From the NCBI GenBank assembly GCA_050613775.1, contig JBODTK010000138.1, positions 1 to 64,000 on the forward strand: a stretch of 64,000 bases of DNA. The letters run 5' to 3'. Under the pieces are notes generated by a model. That model was given only the letters and a program-made list of their open reading frames with translations. It was not told the origin of the DNA and did not search any database. The first letter of the stretch is position 1. Each line of letters begins with the position of its first letter. Source of the DNA: Neocallimastix sp. 'constans'. Taxonomy: Eukaryota. A program made the position numbers and the translations under genes. Shown piece after piece: positions 1-14,520 of this stretch.

Positions 1-423
1 CCCCCCTCCCCTAGTCCGTGGATAAAATGTCAAATACAGCGTTTGACACCAAGAAGGATACACAATACCAAAAAAAAAAAAAAAAATTAATATTATTTTC
101 ATAGTCAATTTCAGATACATCTGAAATGTTCAGCGTTTTTCCGTTCTGAAATTAAAGAAAAGTTAAGAAAGAAATCCTCTACTAAGGGTATGAATTGAAG
201 CCTAAAATTCTTCGAATTTAGTCCAAGAAGTAACCTAATGTGTAAAACTAGGAATACTAAGATCACAACATGGACAGAATGATGAGAAATTTTCTTTTAA
301 CATATTTATATCAAATTTCAATCCACATTTAGTTCGTTCAATCCAAAAAAAAAAAAAAAAAAAATCCCAGTGAGAACTGAGGATATTTAAGAGAGAGTTG
401 ATGAATAAATTTTTTAAAACCAA
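1..423 (-). mobile_element. Decayed 3' fragment of a non-LTR retrotransposon (zinc-knuckle region)
   Basis: Minus-strand translation WIERTKCGLKFD...FCPCCDLSIPSFTH* parallels WLLRARSGYRLD...FCPCCKSNKQWISHW of the intact LINE ORF at 25457-29920. It has stops and an expanded homopolymer. Confidence 0.7.
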
Positions 424-1110
424 ATTAATACTTTAAAAATAAGTTAAAGAAATTATTTTAAAAAATCACAAATATTATTTATTTTAAGATTTTCATGATT
501 AATTCAAATTTTTAAACTTATTATTATGTGTTTTTTTTTATTGTTTGATATTATTTATTTATTATATCATTTTATTTATAAATAATTGAATATAATAAAA
601 TATAATAATAATAATAACAAAAAAAAAAAAAAAAGGTATACATGAATTATGAAAAAATAAATGATTTTAATAAAATATACAAAATATTTTTATATGTATA
701 ATTGTGATAATCTAGATAATGCTATTTTCTTAATCCAAAAATGATAAGAAAAAATATATAATAATATTATAATAATTTCAAAATTTTAAAATTTATAAAT
801 ATATATATATAATTAAATAAAATAAAAAAAAAAAAAAAAAAAAAAAATTTAATGAAAACAATAATATCTTTTATATAAATATATTATTTATAAAAATATA
901 TTAATTTTTATAATGATATGTTGAATAAAGAAAAATAAAAAAAATAAAATGGCTTTAATTATTATTACTATTTTTTTTAATATGAAGCTATTTTACTTGT
1001 AATATTTACTTTTTTTTTTTTTTTATAATTTTGAATTATTAATTAAAATATTTATTGTCTAATTTTATTTATTATTATTATTTTTCTTAATATTATTTGT
1101 TTTTATTTAT

Positions 1111-1169
<59 letters not shown>

Positions 1170-1238
1170 TTTATTTTATTTTATTTTATTTTATTTTATT
1201 TCTATATTATATTAAATTATATTATATTATATTATTTT

Positions 1239-4200
1239 CTATTTTTTATTCTTTTTCTTTAGGAAAAAGGTATTATCAATATCTGAGATGGTGAGTGTGT
1301 GATCCCTATAGAGGTTATTCATATTTTCTTCATCACAAGGTTCATTAAACCATTCATTTACGACAGCATAGGCATTTTTGGTATAGATGGTAACGGTTGG
1401 AGAATTTCTGATGTGGAAGGTATCCTGACGGGAAAGGATATTGTCTTTTTTCCCTGAATTGGAAGGTGTAGTGTTAATGTAAGTAGATGGGGAATCCACC
1501 ATACGAAAAAGAGGTCTATTTGAATTTGAGACTGGAGTAGTTGTGATGTGAGAAGAATAGTCAAGAAGAGTAGTAGAAGAAGATGAATTTGATTTAGAAG
1601 AAATACGAGAGGGGGTAGACTGAAGAAGAGATGGGGAAGTAAGGTTTAATTTCTTAGGGGTAGACAAGATCATTTTATTCTTAGGAGTGGAATTGATAGT
1701 AGAAGATGAATTCGCAGTCGTCTTCATTGTGTAAGCCGTAGCTATAGCTTTTTGAGAGGTTGAAGTAGTAGTTGACTTTTCTTGTATTAACTTTTGTAAA
1801 AATTTTGTGGTATGTGGTTGAGAAGGAGAAGGAGAAGAAGAAGAAGAAGAAATATTTGCATTAAGTGCATTTTTAGTAAGAAGTTGAGTACGGGGTATCG
1901 ATGGAGGTGAAAAGGTTTCAGAACTCAAGTCATGTGGTATAAATAGTTTAAGATCTTGTTTAACGGTATAACGAGTTTCTTCACCTTCATCTTCATCCTT
2001 TTCAAAGTTATCATGAAGATCTTCTTTCATTTGATTTTCTTTGTTTTCTTCATCATGTTGACCATATGAATTAGTATGATTTTTCATTATGTCATTATTT
2101 TTTAGATTTGATGATTTGATATTGATATTAACATTGTTATTATTATTGTTATTATTGCAATTTGTATTTGAATTGACTGTGGAAGAATTATTCATTTCAG
2201 ATAAAGATTTACTCTTTTTAAATGGAGGAGTTCGATTAGTAACAGAATCATCTTTTTCATGATGTAAGGAAAGTATTGATTTTGAAGGAGTATGTATATT
2301 TTTATAAGGAGTTGAAGAATTTGAATTAGAATAAATCTTATTTATTGAAGAGGATTCTCCTATTACTTCTTTTTCTTCTTCTTCACGATGATTTTTGGTA
2401 CGACCTTCTTCATAATATCTAGCTCTAATTTCTTCAATTGAAAATTCACTAATCTTTTTACATTCAAAACTATTATAATAGTCATTTTTTTGAGGATTGT
2501 AAGACCAATCAATATTTTTTTTAATTCTATTAAATATTTTTTCATCTAATTTTCTAAGATTTTCATTCATACGTTCATTTCTTAATCCTGCTCTTTTTCT
2601 TGAAAGAATTCTTTCTTTTTCTTTTACAATTTCTTTATATAAATTTGTAATGGAAAGAGAATAAATCATATTCATCATACATCGATGAACATCAATACTC
2701 TTTGATTTTTCATTATTATTAGTCTTAAGAGGTTGATGATTATTATCTAAAAAAAAAAAAAAAAAAAAAAATGATATGCAAAGTGAGAAAAATAAAATTA
2801 TAAATATATATATTCATATAAGTATATATTTTTAAAATAAATATTAAATTAAAATATTATAAATGAAATATTAATTAATAAATATATTAATATAGAAAAT
2901 TAAAAAAAAAAAAAAAAAAAATTATTATTAAATAATAAATAATATGTAATTTTATTAATAAAAAAATTAAATGAATTTTTTAATTAAAGTAATTATTTAT
3001 AGTTATTATTATTATTATTATTTCTAAACTCTTCTTTAATTCGTTTTTATTTGTATAAGTAATTTACCTTGTTTAGCTGGAGTTGGAGTTTTCATTTCTG
3101 AACCAGAGTGTTCTGGTTCTTCTGGATCTTCATAAATTTTAAAGGAAACCGGACTTCCACCATTTAGATTTAAAAATCGACTATTCACTAAACTTGCTTT
3201 TTGAGGAATGGTGACATTCTTCCAACTTTCTAATTCTCTAATATTTTCTTTTCTTCTTAAATGACGAGTACCAAGTTCAGTCCACTCATTAGTTTCATCT
3301 GCAGAAGGTAAAACTAAACTTCTTCTTGGGGTATGTTTTGAATGTTCAGAGGAGGAGAAAACATCTTTTTGATTTTGTTGTTTCTGATGATTACCAAAGA
3401 GTTCATCCTTAATATCTTTTGGATTATCTTTATCTTCAAAAATAGTAAAAGAAATATTATTAGCACTTCCAACATTTGGATTACGATTTTGATCATTGAT
3501 ATAAGAAAAATCGGAAGCAGTAGAGGAAACATGTTTCACTTGAAGTGGAATCCTTTTGGTATGACTTTTTGTTTTAGAATTTAAAAAACTAGATTTTACT
3601 TTATGACTATCTTTATATGGAGAATCCATATCCTCTGCTGCTTGATTTACACTTAATATCATTCTTTTTTGAAATTCAATATATCTTTTCTTTAAACGTT
3701 CGATAGGTTGTGCTTTTCTATTAATACCAAGAGTATATATTTCATTTGCTTCTTTATATCTTTTTTTTTTTTTTTTTTTTTTTTTTTTATTCCATTTTGT
3801 ATTATTTTAGATTAATTTAAAGAATATTTATTCATCGTATATTTATTATTTTAAATATAAGAATTTAAATGAAATAATATATATATATAAAATTAAATTA
3901 AAACAAATTTTGAAATTTTTATTAGAATTATACAAGTTAATATGTATAATTTGGAACGAAAAATAAAAATTAAAAATTAAAAATTAATTAAAAATTAAAA
4001 ATTAATAAATAATATTATTATTAATAATAATATAAAAAGAAATATATATATAATTACTTATTTTGTGTTTCCATTAATAAAGCATATTCTTCATAATAAG
4101 TAGATAAATTTTGTCCTATTTCATTAACTGATAAAAATTTAAAAATTTCTATAGGTTCTTGTGAATAATGAGCATATAGAAACCAAAGACGTAAATAACG

Positions 4201-4811
4201 ACTATCATTTAAATAACGAGGATCACTTTGATATTTTTTAAGTACATGTTCCAATAAGGATAGTAAACCGGTTTCTGTATCATTACCTGTTGGATAATTT
4301 TCTTGAATCCAATTAATATATTTAAAATAAGTATTTAGTGGATCATCAACTTCATCAATATCTTTTAATTCGTTTTCAAACTCTTTTTTTTGAATTTCTC
4401 TTAATTCTTTTCCTGTTAATGAATCTGATTCTTTTATTGGTGTATTATTATCTTTTATTTCAATTATATAATAAAATATTAAAAAATTTTTAATAATATA
4501 AACAGATAAAAATTGATATTATTATAATATAAAATATATAATAATTATTATATTAATAATAATATTATAAAAATAATTAGTTATTAAAAATAAAATAAAT
4601 ATGTTAAAAAAAAAAATTATTAAAAAATTTAAATTTAATTCAATTTATAAAATTTAAAATCTTTTATTGTTATATTTTTGGAATTACCATATCTTTTTTC
4701 TATAATAGATTCTTTTGCGTATAATGCTGATAGAACTTTTGCACTTCTACCTTGGGGTAAAGGAATAATATTTTCCTTTTGATATTCAAAATCAGTCATA
4801 TCAGTGACCAT
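1239..4811 (-). CDS. Mad3/Bub1-family spindle checkpoint protein without kinase domain; exons 4811-4688, 4451-4058, 3759-3068, 2746-1239 (905 aa)
   Basis: GT-AG introns join in frame (2718 nt). Motifs: KENIIPLPQGRS (KEN1), DDPLNTYFKYINW...YLRLW...GINRKAQPIERL (TPR), ABBA-like FTIFED and FKIYED flanking WTELGTRHLRRKEN, GLEBS EFSIEEIRA, CD1-like SPTVTIYTKNAYAVVNEWF. Confidence 0.9.
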
Positions 4812-5933
4812 TTTGAATATTATTTTATTTTATATCTTTTTTTCCTTCAATAAAAAAAAAAAAAAATGTGGAGTATAAAAATATAATTACTAAGAAATTT
4901 ATGGAGGAATGATATTTTGAATTCTAATTTTATTAAAGGATTTTTATAAATTGTTTAAATTTGAATTTAAAAAAAAAATAAAAAATAATAATGATTATAT
5001 TATTTTTTATTGAAAACTTCTATTTATTTATGTTTTTATTTTTTTATTTATATTTTTTTTTTTTTTCTTTTTTCTTTTTCCCTTTTTTTAATTATAAATA
5101 TTTATTGTATTAACTAAAAGAATGATATTTACAAATAATTGAAGGATTGTTTAATATTTACAAAAAGAATAATTATTGTTATTAAATTTATTATTAAATA
5201 GTATATATTAGTCTTCTTTTACTCGATAAGAATAAATTTTATAATTAAGAAGTATAATTAAATATATAATAGTTAATTTTTTATTATAATCATGCTGGAT
5301 TATGATGTCTATATATAATAAATTTTAATTAATATAATAAATTTTTATATCTTAATTATAATAAAAAGAAAAGGAACAGTAATTTTATATTTATAAAAAT
5401 TTTAATACATCAATAAATAATTTTTAATCAATAATCAATAATCAATAATAAATAAAATATAAAATATTAAATATAAAATATAAAATATAAAAATAAATAT
5501 ATAATATAAAAATATAATTAACTTTAAATATTAAAGAAATATTTATTTTTATCAAAAAATAATAATTATTAAAATTTGTTCAATTTAAAAAATGTTGGAC
5601 AATATCATAAAAAAAAAAAAAAAAAAAAAATTTTTTTTATATATATAATAAAACGATTAAAAGGATTAAATTAATTATATTTTTTTTTATAAAAAGGTTT
5701 ATTTATTTATTTATTTATTTTATTAAAATAGATATAAACATTTAATACAGATTATAAAAGATATAATATAGAATAAAATATATGGTTAACTATAATTAAA
5801 TAACTAAATAAATAATAAATAAATAATTTAAATAATTAAATAATAAGTATATAAATAATAAATAATTAACAAAATAAATAAATTAATAAATAAATAATTA
5901 ATTTATTAAATATTTAATTAAATAAATAAGTCG

Positions 5934-7467
5934 TTAAGAGTCAGGAATTTATGGTTTATAATTATGAAAACCTTAATAATATATTTTACGATAATGAGTT
6001 ACTGACTTTTAACTATTATAAATTAAACGTTTTTATATTAATACATTTTGATTTATATATTTTAATTATATTACAATATGTTTCAATACATTTGAAGTCT
6101 ATTTTTCATATATTTCACATATTTTAACATTCACCCTTAAACCTAATTATTTTATAATGAATAAATTGGTTATATGTATATATAGAATTATCCTATTTTA
6201 TAATATTAACTTGATATTATTAAATTATTAATTATTTCTATTAACTTTTATTATTACATGAATAAAATAATTTTTACATTTTATTAATTTCTATTATTCG
6301 ATTTAACTATTGTTATAATAATTTCTTAAATATATTTGTAATCTAATATTTTCCCCATAAAAAACTATATATTTAATATTATTACACCATTAGTATTATA
6401 TGAATCTAAAACATCTCTTATAATATATGGTTTATACATACCATTTATATGATGGAAACCTTTCTTTTGAAGGGTGATATTATACCATCTATTTTTGTGA
6501 GTACCTCTTATTCCTCTAATGTTGGGTTTTACATCACTTTTAATTTTAATCCCCTTCGAAGATTAAGGAGCTAACTTTTTTATATGTTTTCGCTTTGTAG
6601 TTTTAGTAATAACTATTAAAAATAAATTGTTAACTGTATACTTGATAAATCATAATCTTAGGATATTAAAATTGATTACATTTATAACTAATTATATAAT
6701 TCTAGTCAGTTAAACTTATCATTAAATAATGTAAATTGTCTCGTAATTTATTTTGATTCAGTATTTCAATTAATTTCTTCTTATAGTCTAATTTATGTCA
6801 ATTTTCTCTATTTAGAATATTTTTATTCATTTCCAAAATAAATATGTTTTTCTAAATAATCAGTACAAGGAATCAGTTAGGTAAATTTCCTCTAATATTT
6901 TATGTTCTTTATTTTATATTGTCTATTCCCCCCTTAAAATCCAAATTTCTAAAAGGATTTTATATATTTAAAATTTTTCATCATTAAAATATTAATATTA
7001 TAACTTCATTAATACTTTGCAATAAATAAATATAGTTTGTAGATGGATAAACGTCATCTATCTACATACAACTCATGGTTATTTTTATTAATTTATTGTA
7101 CCTTTCATCACATCAGTTTGTATTATGACTGTATTAAATTACTTATTGTCTAAACCCATTTAATACTAAGTTCAATAATACTGTCATTGTATGAATGTTT
7201 CCATTTCACTTTAGGAATTACCATTCTATTAAATCTCACTTAAATATTTGGATTATTATTTTTTAAGGGTCAGGAATTAATGGTTTATAATTATATCAAC
7301 TTTAATAATATATTTTATAATAAAGAGTTATTGACACTTAACCATTTATAATTTCTATATTAAATACTTTTATATTAATACATTGTGATTTATATTTTAA
7401 TTATATTACAATATATTTTCAATACATTTGAAGCTTTTTTTTTTCATACACTTCACATATTCTAACA
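5934..7467 (-). mobile_element. Degenerate LTR-like element (about 200-bp direct repeats around 1.1 kb of decayed interior)
   Basis: 5934-6129 and 7263-7467 are diverged direct repeats beginning TGTTA on the minus strand. A purine tract (aagggtgaa) precedes the 3' copy. No clear TSD. Confidence 0.55.
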
Positions 7468-9056
7468 ATAGTTAAATAAATACATTTTTAAATAAATTAA
7501 ATTTTTATATACAATTTCTTAAAAAAATCTTTTTTTTTTTTAATAATATAATAATTGTTTTTTAACTTTAAGATATCTAAATGAAATGATATTCCTTTAA
7601 TATTAAAGTTAATATAAATCTAAATATAAGTAAACCTTAAAAGTTGGAAAAAAGAAAAAAAAAACAATTTAATAATTCTATTAAATTAACATAAAAACTT
7701 TTCTATAATAATAATAGTAATTGTACTAAATAAATATATTTACTATATGCATTTATAAATAATCATATAATTTAAATAGATAAAATTTATTAATAGTTAA
7801 TATATATATATATAAATATAAAATCTATCTCTCAAAAGAAAGAATATTCTGTATTATAAAGTCATTTAACCAATTGAAACAACAATTTTACCAAATATTT
7901 AATTTAATAGTGTAAATCTAAATTTTTATTTGTTGCTTTTTTTTATTGCTATCGAAAATATATATATATATATATATATTTTTGTAGATTAGGAAATACA
8001 GTTAAATACCTATAATAAAAAAACTTTTCTGTTTACAAGTCTATGCATCTATTCTAATTTCTTGGTAAAGAAATAAGATCACTAAAGAAAAAAAAGGTTT
8101 TTATTTTGATTACTTCCTAACACTATCATTTCTATTTTTTTTTATTCTGATTATATACATAAAAAAGGTTAGAATGTATTAATAATAGAAACCTTTATTT
8201 TATAAATATAGAAAGTTAAAAATATATACTTTATCTGTATTAACAAATACATATATATATTTCATATAGCTATGCATTTATTTAGTAATATTATTTAAAA
8301 ATTATAATTCCTTTATAAATCACAACCTTTTTTTTTTTTTTAAAAAAAAAAAACCTAAAAAATGATAATTATACATAATGTTTTTATTATTTTTTTTTAA
8401 TGTTATTTTTTCTACTGTATTACTTTTGATAGTAACTATTATCTATATAATTAAAATTACTATCATAGTTAGAAATTTTAAAAACGAAATAATTAATTGT
8501 TGTGGATTTTCTATTGGAAAAAATGAATATTATATCCATTAGAAAATCAGAATGGTAATTTTTTAAAAAAAAAAATAGGAAAAGAATACATCTCTATTGC
8601 TTTGCTTATTAATTATTAAAATATTGATTTATTAAATACATTACAAATGAATATTTTATTAGAAATTATTTTAAACTTGAAATAATTTATGGATATCATT
8701 AATAGTTATTCCATATAGATAGAAATGTAATAATACAAAATTTTTGAATCATTATTAATAGTAAAAACTATAAAAAAAAAAAAAAAGAAGTTTTAATTGG
8801 ATTTATATTTATATTATTATTATTTATATTATTAAATAATATTTAATATTAAAATTAATATTATAATTCATTCGTATTAATACTAAATATTTAAAATTTA
8901 AAATTTATTTCTAGTTATATTTTTATTTTAAAAATATTTTTAAACATTTTTTTTTTAAAATTAAAAAAAAATAAAATAAAAACAATAAAAAATCTAAATT
9001 ACTTTTAGTTTGATATTTATAATTTATATATAATGTTATTAAATATTTAATAATTT

Positions 9057-9672
9057 TTAACTTGGACTTTTATTGTTTATCTTCATAATAAACATGTCAT
9101 TGAGTATAATAAGAATAATTGAGAACTTCAGCCTTTGGATATTCACTAGTGCCAATGGTTTCGAATGGTTCGTTAGTTTCAGATTCTTCTTCTTCAGGTT
9201 CTCCAACAACATATCTATCACAGCCGCCATCAATACTTTATTAATATGCATAATTTTTTATTTTTATTTTTTTTTTTTTAAAAAAAAAGTTAATTTATTA
9301 TTATTAATTTTTTAGATTTTTATAAATCTTAATTTTAATTGTATTCTTATTAAGATTCTATAATTATTGGAATTTACATCTCTTTATAATTCAGTAAATA
9401 TTTAACAAATTCTTTGGCTTTTTCCATTTCAAAATGAGTTTCATCTAAATCCCTTTTTATTTTTGAAATCTAAATTGAAGTTATTACTAAAAAAAAAAAA
9501 AAAAAAAAAAAGAAAAGAAAAAATAATAATGAATGGAATTGATACATATATTAATTATTATCCATTTTTTATATATATTATTTTTTTTTAATTATTCATT
9601 GTTATATAATTATTTAATATGTCGATGATAGAAACAAAAATATTCACGATTCTTCTATTGCCTTAATATCTG
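9057..9672 (-). pseudogene. Unidentified decayed spliced gene fragment
   Basis: Coding-like patches (NFNLDFKIKRDLDETHFEMEKAKEFVKY; IDGGCDRYVVGEPEEEESETNEPFETIG...Q*HVYYEDKQ*) separated by AT-rich intron-like gaps, with in-frame stops. Confidence 0.35.
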
Positions 9673-10016
9673 AAAAAAAAAAAAGAAAAAAAGAAGATTT
9701 TGTTTTCTTTTATATATCTTTTTTAAATATGTTTTTACTTTTATTTTATAATGATAATTATATCAGTAATTTATTATGTAATGATTTAATTATATTATAT
9801 ATTAATATATTATTTTATTTTGTTAATATTACTATTATTTACTATCATTTTATTATTAATATCCGAACTAGTTGTTATTTAATATACTAATAATTTATAA
9901 ATAGCAATTTTATTAATCATAAGGTTGAAGATTATACATGATATATACTTTTTCAATTTTATTATTAACTATAAATTTAATTATTTAAGTCATTAATATA
10001 TTTTTGTATTAATAAT

Positions 10017-10295
10017 GTCTTTCCAGTTTTTATCCAGGTGGTCAGTACTTGAGATTAATATACATAAGGTTTTCAGATTGAATCTGCGACTTCCTCCTGA
10101 ATTTTCATTCTCCCAGGGTGTTTTTCCCGATAAATGAAGTTGGTGTTTGCTCACCATGGTAAGTATTCCTGTTGTTAGACTATTTTATTGATAGTACAGA
10201 GAGCACTTGATCTGTGAGAGGATTAGTGTATGATAAAGAATCTAATGAGAATCTGATAGTCTTAAGAGAGGAGAGACTATTGTCTCCGTCTTTAA
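10017..10295 (+). mobile_element. GC-richer non-coding island, probable retroelement 3' remnant
   Basis: Shares TGAGAGGATTA and a terminal GAGAC-N4-GTCT hairpin with the poly(A)-tailed element at 44319-44551 read on the minus strand. Confidence 0.35.
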
Positions 10296-10409
10296 AGTAA
10301 AATATAATAATATTGTTAAACTTTTAAAATTAATATTATTGGTAAAAATAATTGTGTAACTTGAAAAAGTTTAAAAAATTTTCGAAAATTTAATTTTACA
10401 TATAAATTT

Positions 10410-10667
<258 letters not shown>

Positions 10668-10719
10668 TATATATTTATGTTACCATTATTAAAGTATAGT
10701 TTCTGTTTTATTTCTATTA

Positions 10720-10969
10720 GGATAATTTTCTTGAATCCAATCAATATATTTAAAATAAGTATTGAGTGGATCATCAACTTCATCAATATTTTTTAATGAT
10801 TTGATTCTTTTATTGGTGTATTGTTATATTTTGTTTTAATTATAATAAAAGAAATATTTAAAAATTTATAATAATAGATAAAACAATTAGTAATTAAAGG
10901 TAAATATTTAAAAACTTTAAATTTAATTTAATTAAATTTTTCAATCGTTATATTTGTGGATTAAAGATG

Positions 10970-11000
<31 letters not shown>

Positions 11001-11246
11001 GTTTCATTTATGTAGTATTCTAAAATAAAATTTTTGCATTTTTTGCTTTAATGTAAAGAAATAATATGTTACTTTTAATATTAAAAATAAGTTATATCAG
11101 TAGCTATTTCGATTATTATTATTATTATTATTATTTTTTTGGTAAAAAAAGTTTTTTACTAAGAAATTTATATAGGAATCTTTGATTATGAAATGTATAA
11201 TTATAATAATTATCAATATAGGAAATATATATATAAATAGCAATAC

Positions 11247-11282
<36 letters not shown>

Positions 11283-11345
11283 TTTTTTTTTATTTTTTAT
11301 TATTTAAACATAATAAAACAATTAATAAGATTAAGTAAGATATTT

Positions 11346-11377
<32 letters not shown>

Positions 11378-12170
11378 TTTTTTTTTAGTTTTAAATATAT
11401 AAATTATTTATTAATTTATTATTAATTATTAAATATTAATTATATTTATTATTATCTATTATTCATTTATTTATTTTATTATAATAATTAATTAAATATA
11501 TGATTAATTAAATTATGAATTAAATAATTAAATAAACAATTAGGTAAAATTTCAATATGAATATAGCTATTTTATTGTTATGGAAAAGTCTTTATATTAA
11601 TTTAATACAATGATTAAAAAGATATTTTTTTATTTTTATAGTTTTTATTTTAGACTTCATACAAAATTTAATATTTAAAGTTTTTTTTTCATTTAGATTA
11701 TCCTATAATTTAAAAATTATTATATTATAATTAAATTACGATTTTTTTTAAAAAAAATTTAATAGTTATCAAAATTATATATTAAAAATGATTATTTATT
11801 TTAAATAGATATATTTTATTAATCATTAGTATATACATATACATATATAGATAAATAAACCACCTCTCAATAAGAAGAATATTTCATATCTTAAGGTCCT
11901 TTTACCAACCTAGATATTAATTTTTTTCTAATATATTTGATTTTATTTTAAATTCCTATTTCTGTTTTTTAACTGCTAAGGCATCTTGCATTTGGTATTT
12001 AATTTTAAGGATTTTCAATTACATTCATAACTATGGTAAAATAATACTTATGTAGGTATGAAATACCTTTAAAAAAAACCTAAACTCTTAAAAACCTCTT
12101 TCCATTTAAAAGTTCAAATATATATTAATTTCTTAGCGAAGAAATAAGAGCATTAAAGAAAAAATAATAG
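10720..12170 (-). pseudogene. Decayed duplicate of the 5' part of the Mad3/Bub1 gene plus upstream DNA
   Basis: 10720-10830 matches 4292-4455 with an internal deletion. About 11030-11110 matches exon 1. About 11865-11910 and 12127-12165 match about 7830-7875 and 8056-8095. Confidence 0.85.
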
Positions 12171-14274
12171 TATTTTATTGTAATAAACATTAAGGTTCTC
12201 CATGAATAGAAAAATATATTATAGAGTATAAATATCAATTATCTACAATAATATAAAAAACGGATTTATTATATTAATCTTATATATTTTTTTTCTCAAA
12301 TATTCTCTGGATTGTATTATTGTTTTATAATGTTTTATTTTTTTTTTTTAGTAAGGAATTAGTTTATACAAATTAGACACTATTTCTCAATTATCAAAAT
12401 TTCCATACAGATAAAACAAAATTCTTATTCTTTTTATTAACATTAATATGATTACTAATAATATCAAGAATTGAATAAAATCATTAAAAAATTATTTTTT
12501 GTTAAAATAAAATTATTAAAAAATTATTATTTATTAAAATGAAATAAACTATTGCTTTAAAAAATTCCATTAAATTATTTTCTGGTCTAAAATAATAAAA
12601 AAAAAAAAAAAAATAGAAAAAAATAGAATTCATTACACACAATTGAAATAATATTAATAAGTAATTCCAAAATCCTCTCAATATAAAGATACAGGTAAAT
12701 AAACTCCGAATTTTTCTTTAAAAAAAAAAAAAAATATTAATAATTTAGTGCCATGTTTTTTTTTTTTTTTTTTTTTTTTTTTTATTCATTTATTTATATT
12801 ATTCTTTTAATAATAATATATATTATATATTAATTTATAGGAATATTTTTTTTATTTTTTTATGCAATAATATATATATATTGATAAAAATTATTTTATA
12901 GTTATACTATTATGTACAATATGTCTATTTTTAGAGAAATAATATATATAAAATTTTTTTTATTATATTGGCAATATCTCTGATTATAATAATAATTATT
13001 TTTTTTTTTATTTTTTTTTTATTATAAAAATTTTTAATATTATAATTTATCTAAAATATTTGTAAAAATTAATATATAAATATATTTTTAATTTCCTTCT
13101 TTCATAATATAGATAAATATTAATTTTTCAAGGAAAAAAGGATAAAAAAAATTATTAATTATAAATATTAAAAAACTTTCCAAAATTTTCTATAAACAAA
13201 AGTTATTTCAATCTTGCTTTTTTTATTTATTTATTTATTTATTTACTTATTTTATAAAATTTATATTGATATAAATAAATTTGAAATGAAATATATTATA
13301 ATTAATTCACCACAATAAAAATTCTGCTAATTTTATTTAATACATAAAATTGGTTTTATTCGTTTTATTTTTATTTTATTGAACTATTATTTTCCATATA
13401 CGATATTAGTATATATATTTTTTTAGCATTATAATTAATAAAAATTTAATATTAACTAATCTATATTTTTTTAGTATTATAATTAATAATAATTTAATAT
13501 TAACTAATCTATATTAACATTATAATTATTTATTAATAGATATAATAATTAATAGCGTTTTTATAAATATGAAAATTATTATCAATTATTATAAATATCA
13601 TCAATAAATTATTTAATAGTATTATTTATTATTATTTAATTAATTTTTAATTATTTTTTGTAAAGGATGAAAAACTTTTCTAGTATTAGAATTATTATTA
13701 TGATAATTAAAAAAAACCAATTTAATATTTAAAAAGTTATTTATTAAAAAAAACAATAAAATAATATTTATAAATAAGAATTGTTTCTAATAATAAAAAA
13801 GGTTAACATAAATAAAACAAAATAAGAAAATCATAAAATATTTAAAATAAAAAAAAAAAATAAAAAAAAAAATAATTTAATTTCTAAATTTTAATTTTTA
13901 AAATAAATGAAATTAAACTATTTATTATAATTTATTTTAATTTATTTTTAATTTAAATTTTTAATACATTTTCGTATCATTTATGGTTAAAAAAAAGCAT
14001 GAAAAAAAAAAGCATGCTTTAAATTTTAAATAATAATAAATATACAAATATTATTATATCTTAAATATTTTAAATAGATAAAATAGATAAAATATATAAA
14101 TTTTAATTTAAGCTTTTAATTATTACTGATATAATCATACCAAATTGGGTAAATACTTAAATTAAATTAAATCATTATTTTTAAATTAATAATTGGCAAA
14201 AATCCAAAAAAAAAAAAAATCCAAAAAGAAAAAATAAAATAAAATAAGCTAAAATAATAACAAGTTTACAAACA

Positions 14275-14520
14275 ATAATAAATAATATAATAAATAAATA
14301 ATAAATAAATAATAAATAATATAATAAATAATATAATAAATAAATAATAAATAAATAAATAATAAATAATATAATAAATAATAAATAAATAATAAATAAT
14401 ATAATAAATAATATAATAAATAAATAATAAATAAATAATAAATAAATAATAAATAATATAATAAATAATATAATAAATAAATAATAAATAAATAATAAAT
14501 AATATAATAAATAATATAAT
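14275..14520. repeat. AT-only compound minisatellite
   Basis: Reiterated aataaat/aatatat units. Confidence 0.85.

Noticed and set aside
28..48. TGTCAAA/TTTGACA hairpin as a LINE 5' structure
   Set aside because: It lies within the decayed LINE coding remnant on the minus strand, not at an element 5' end.
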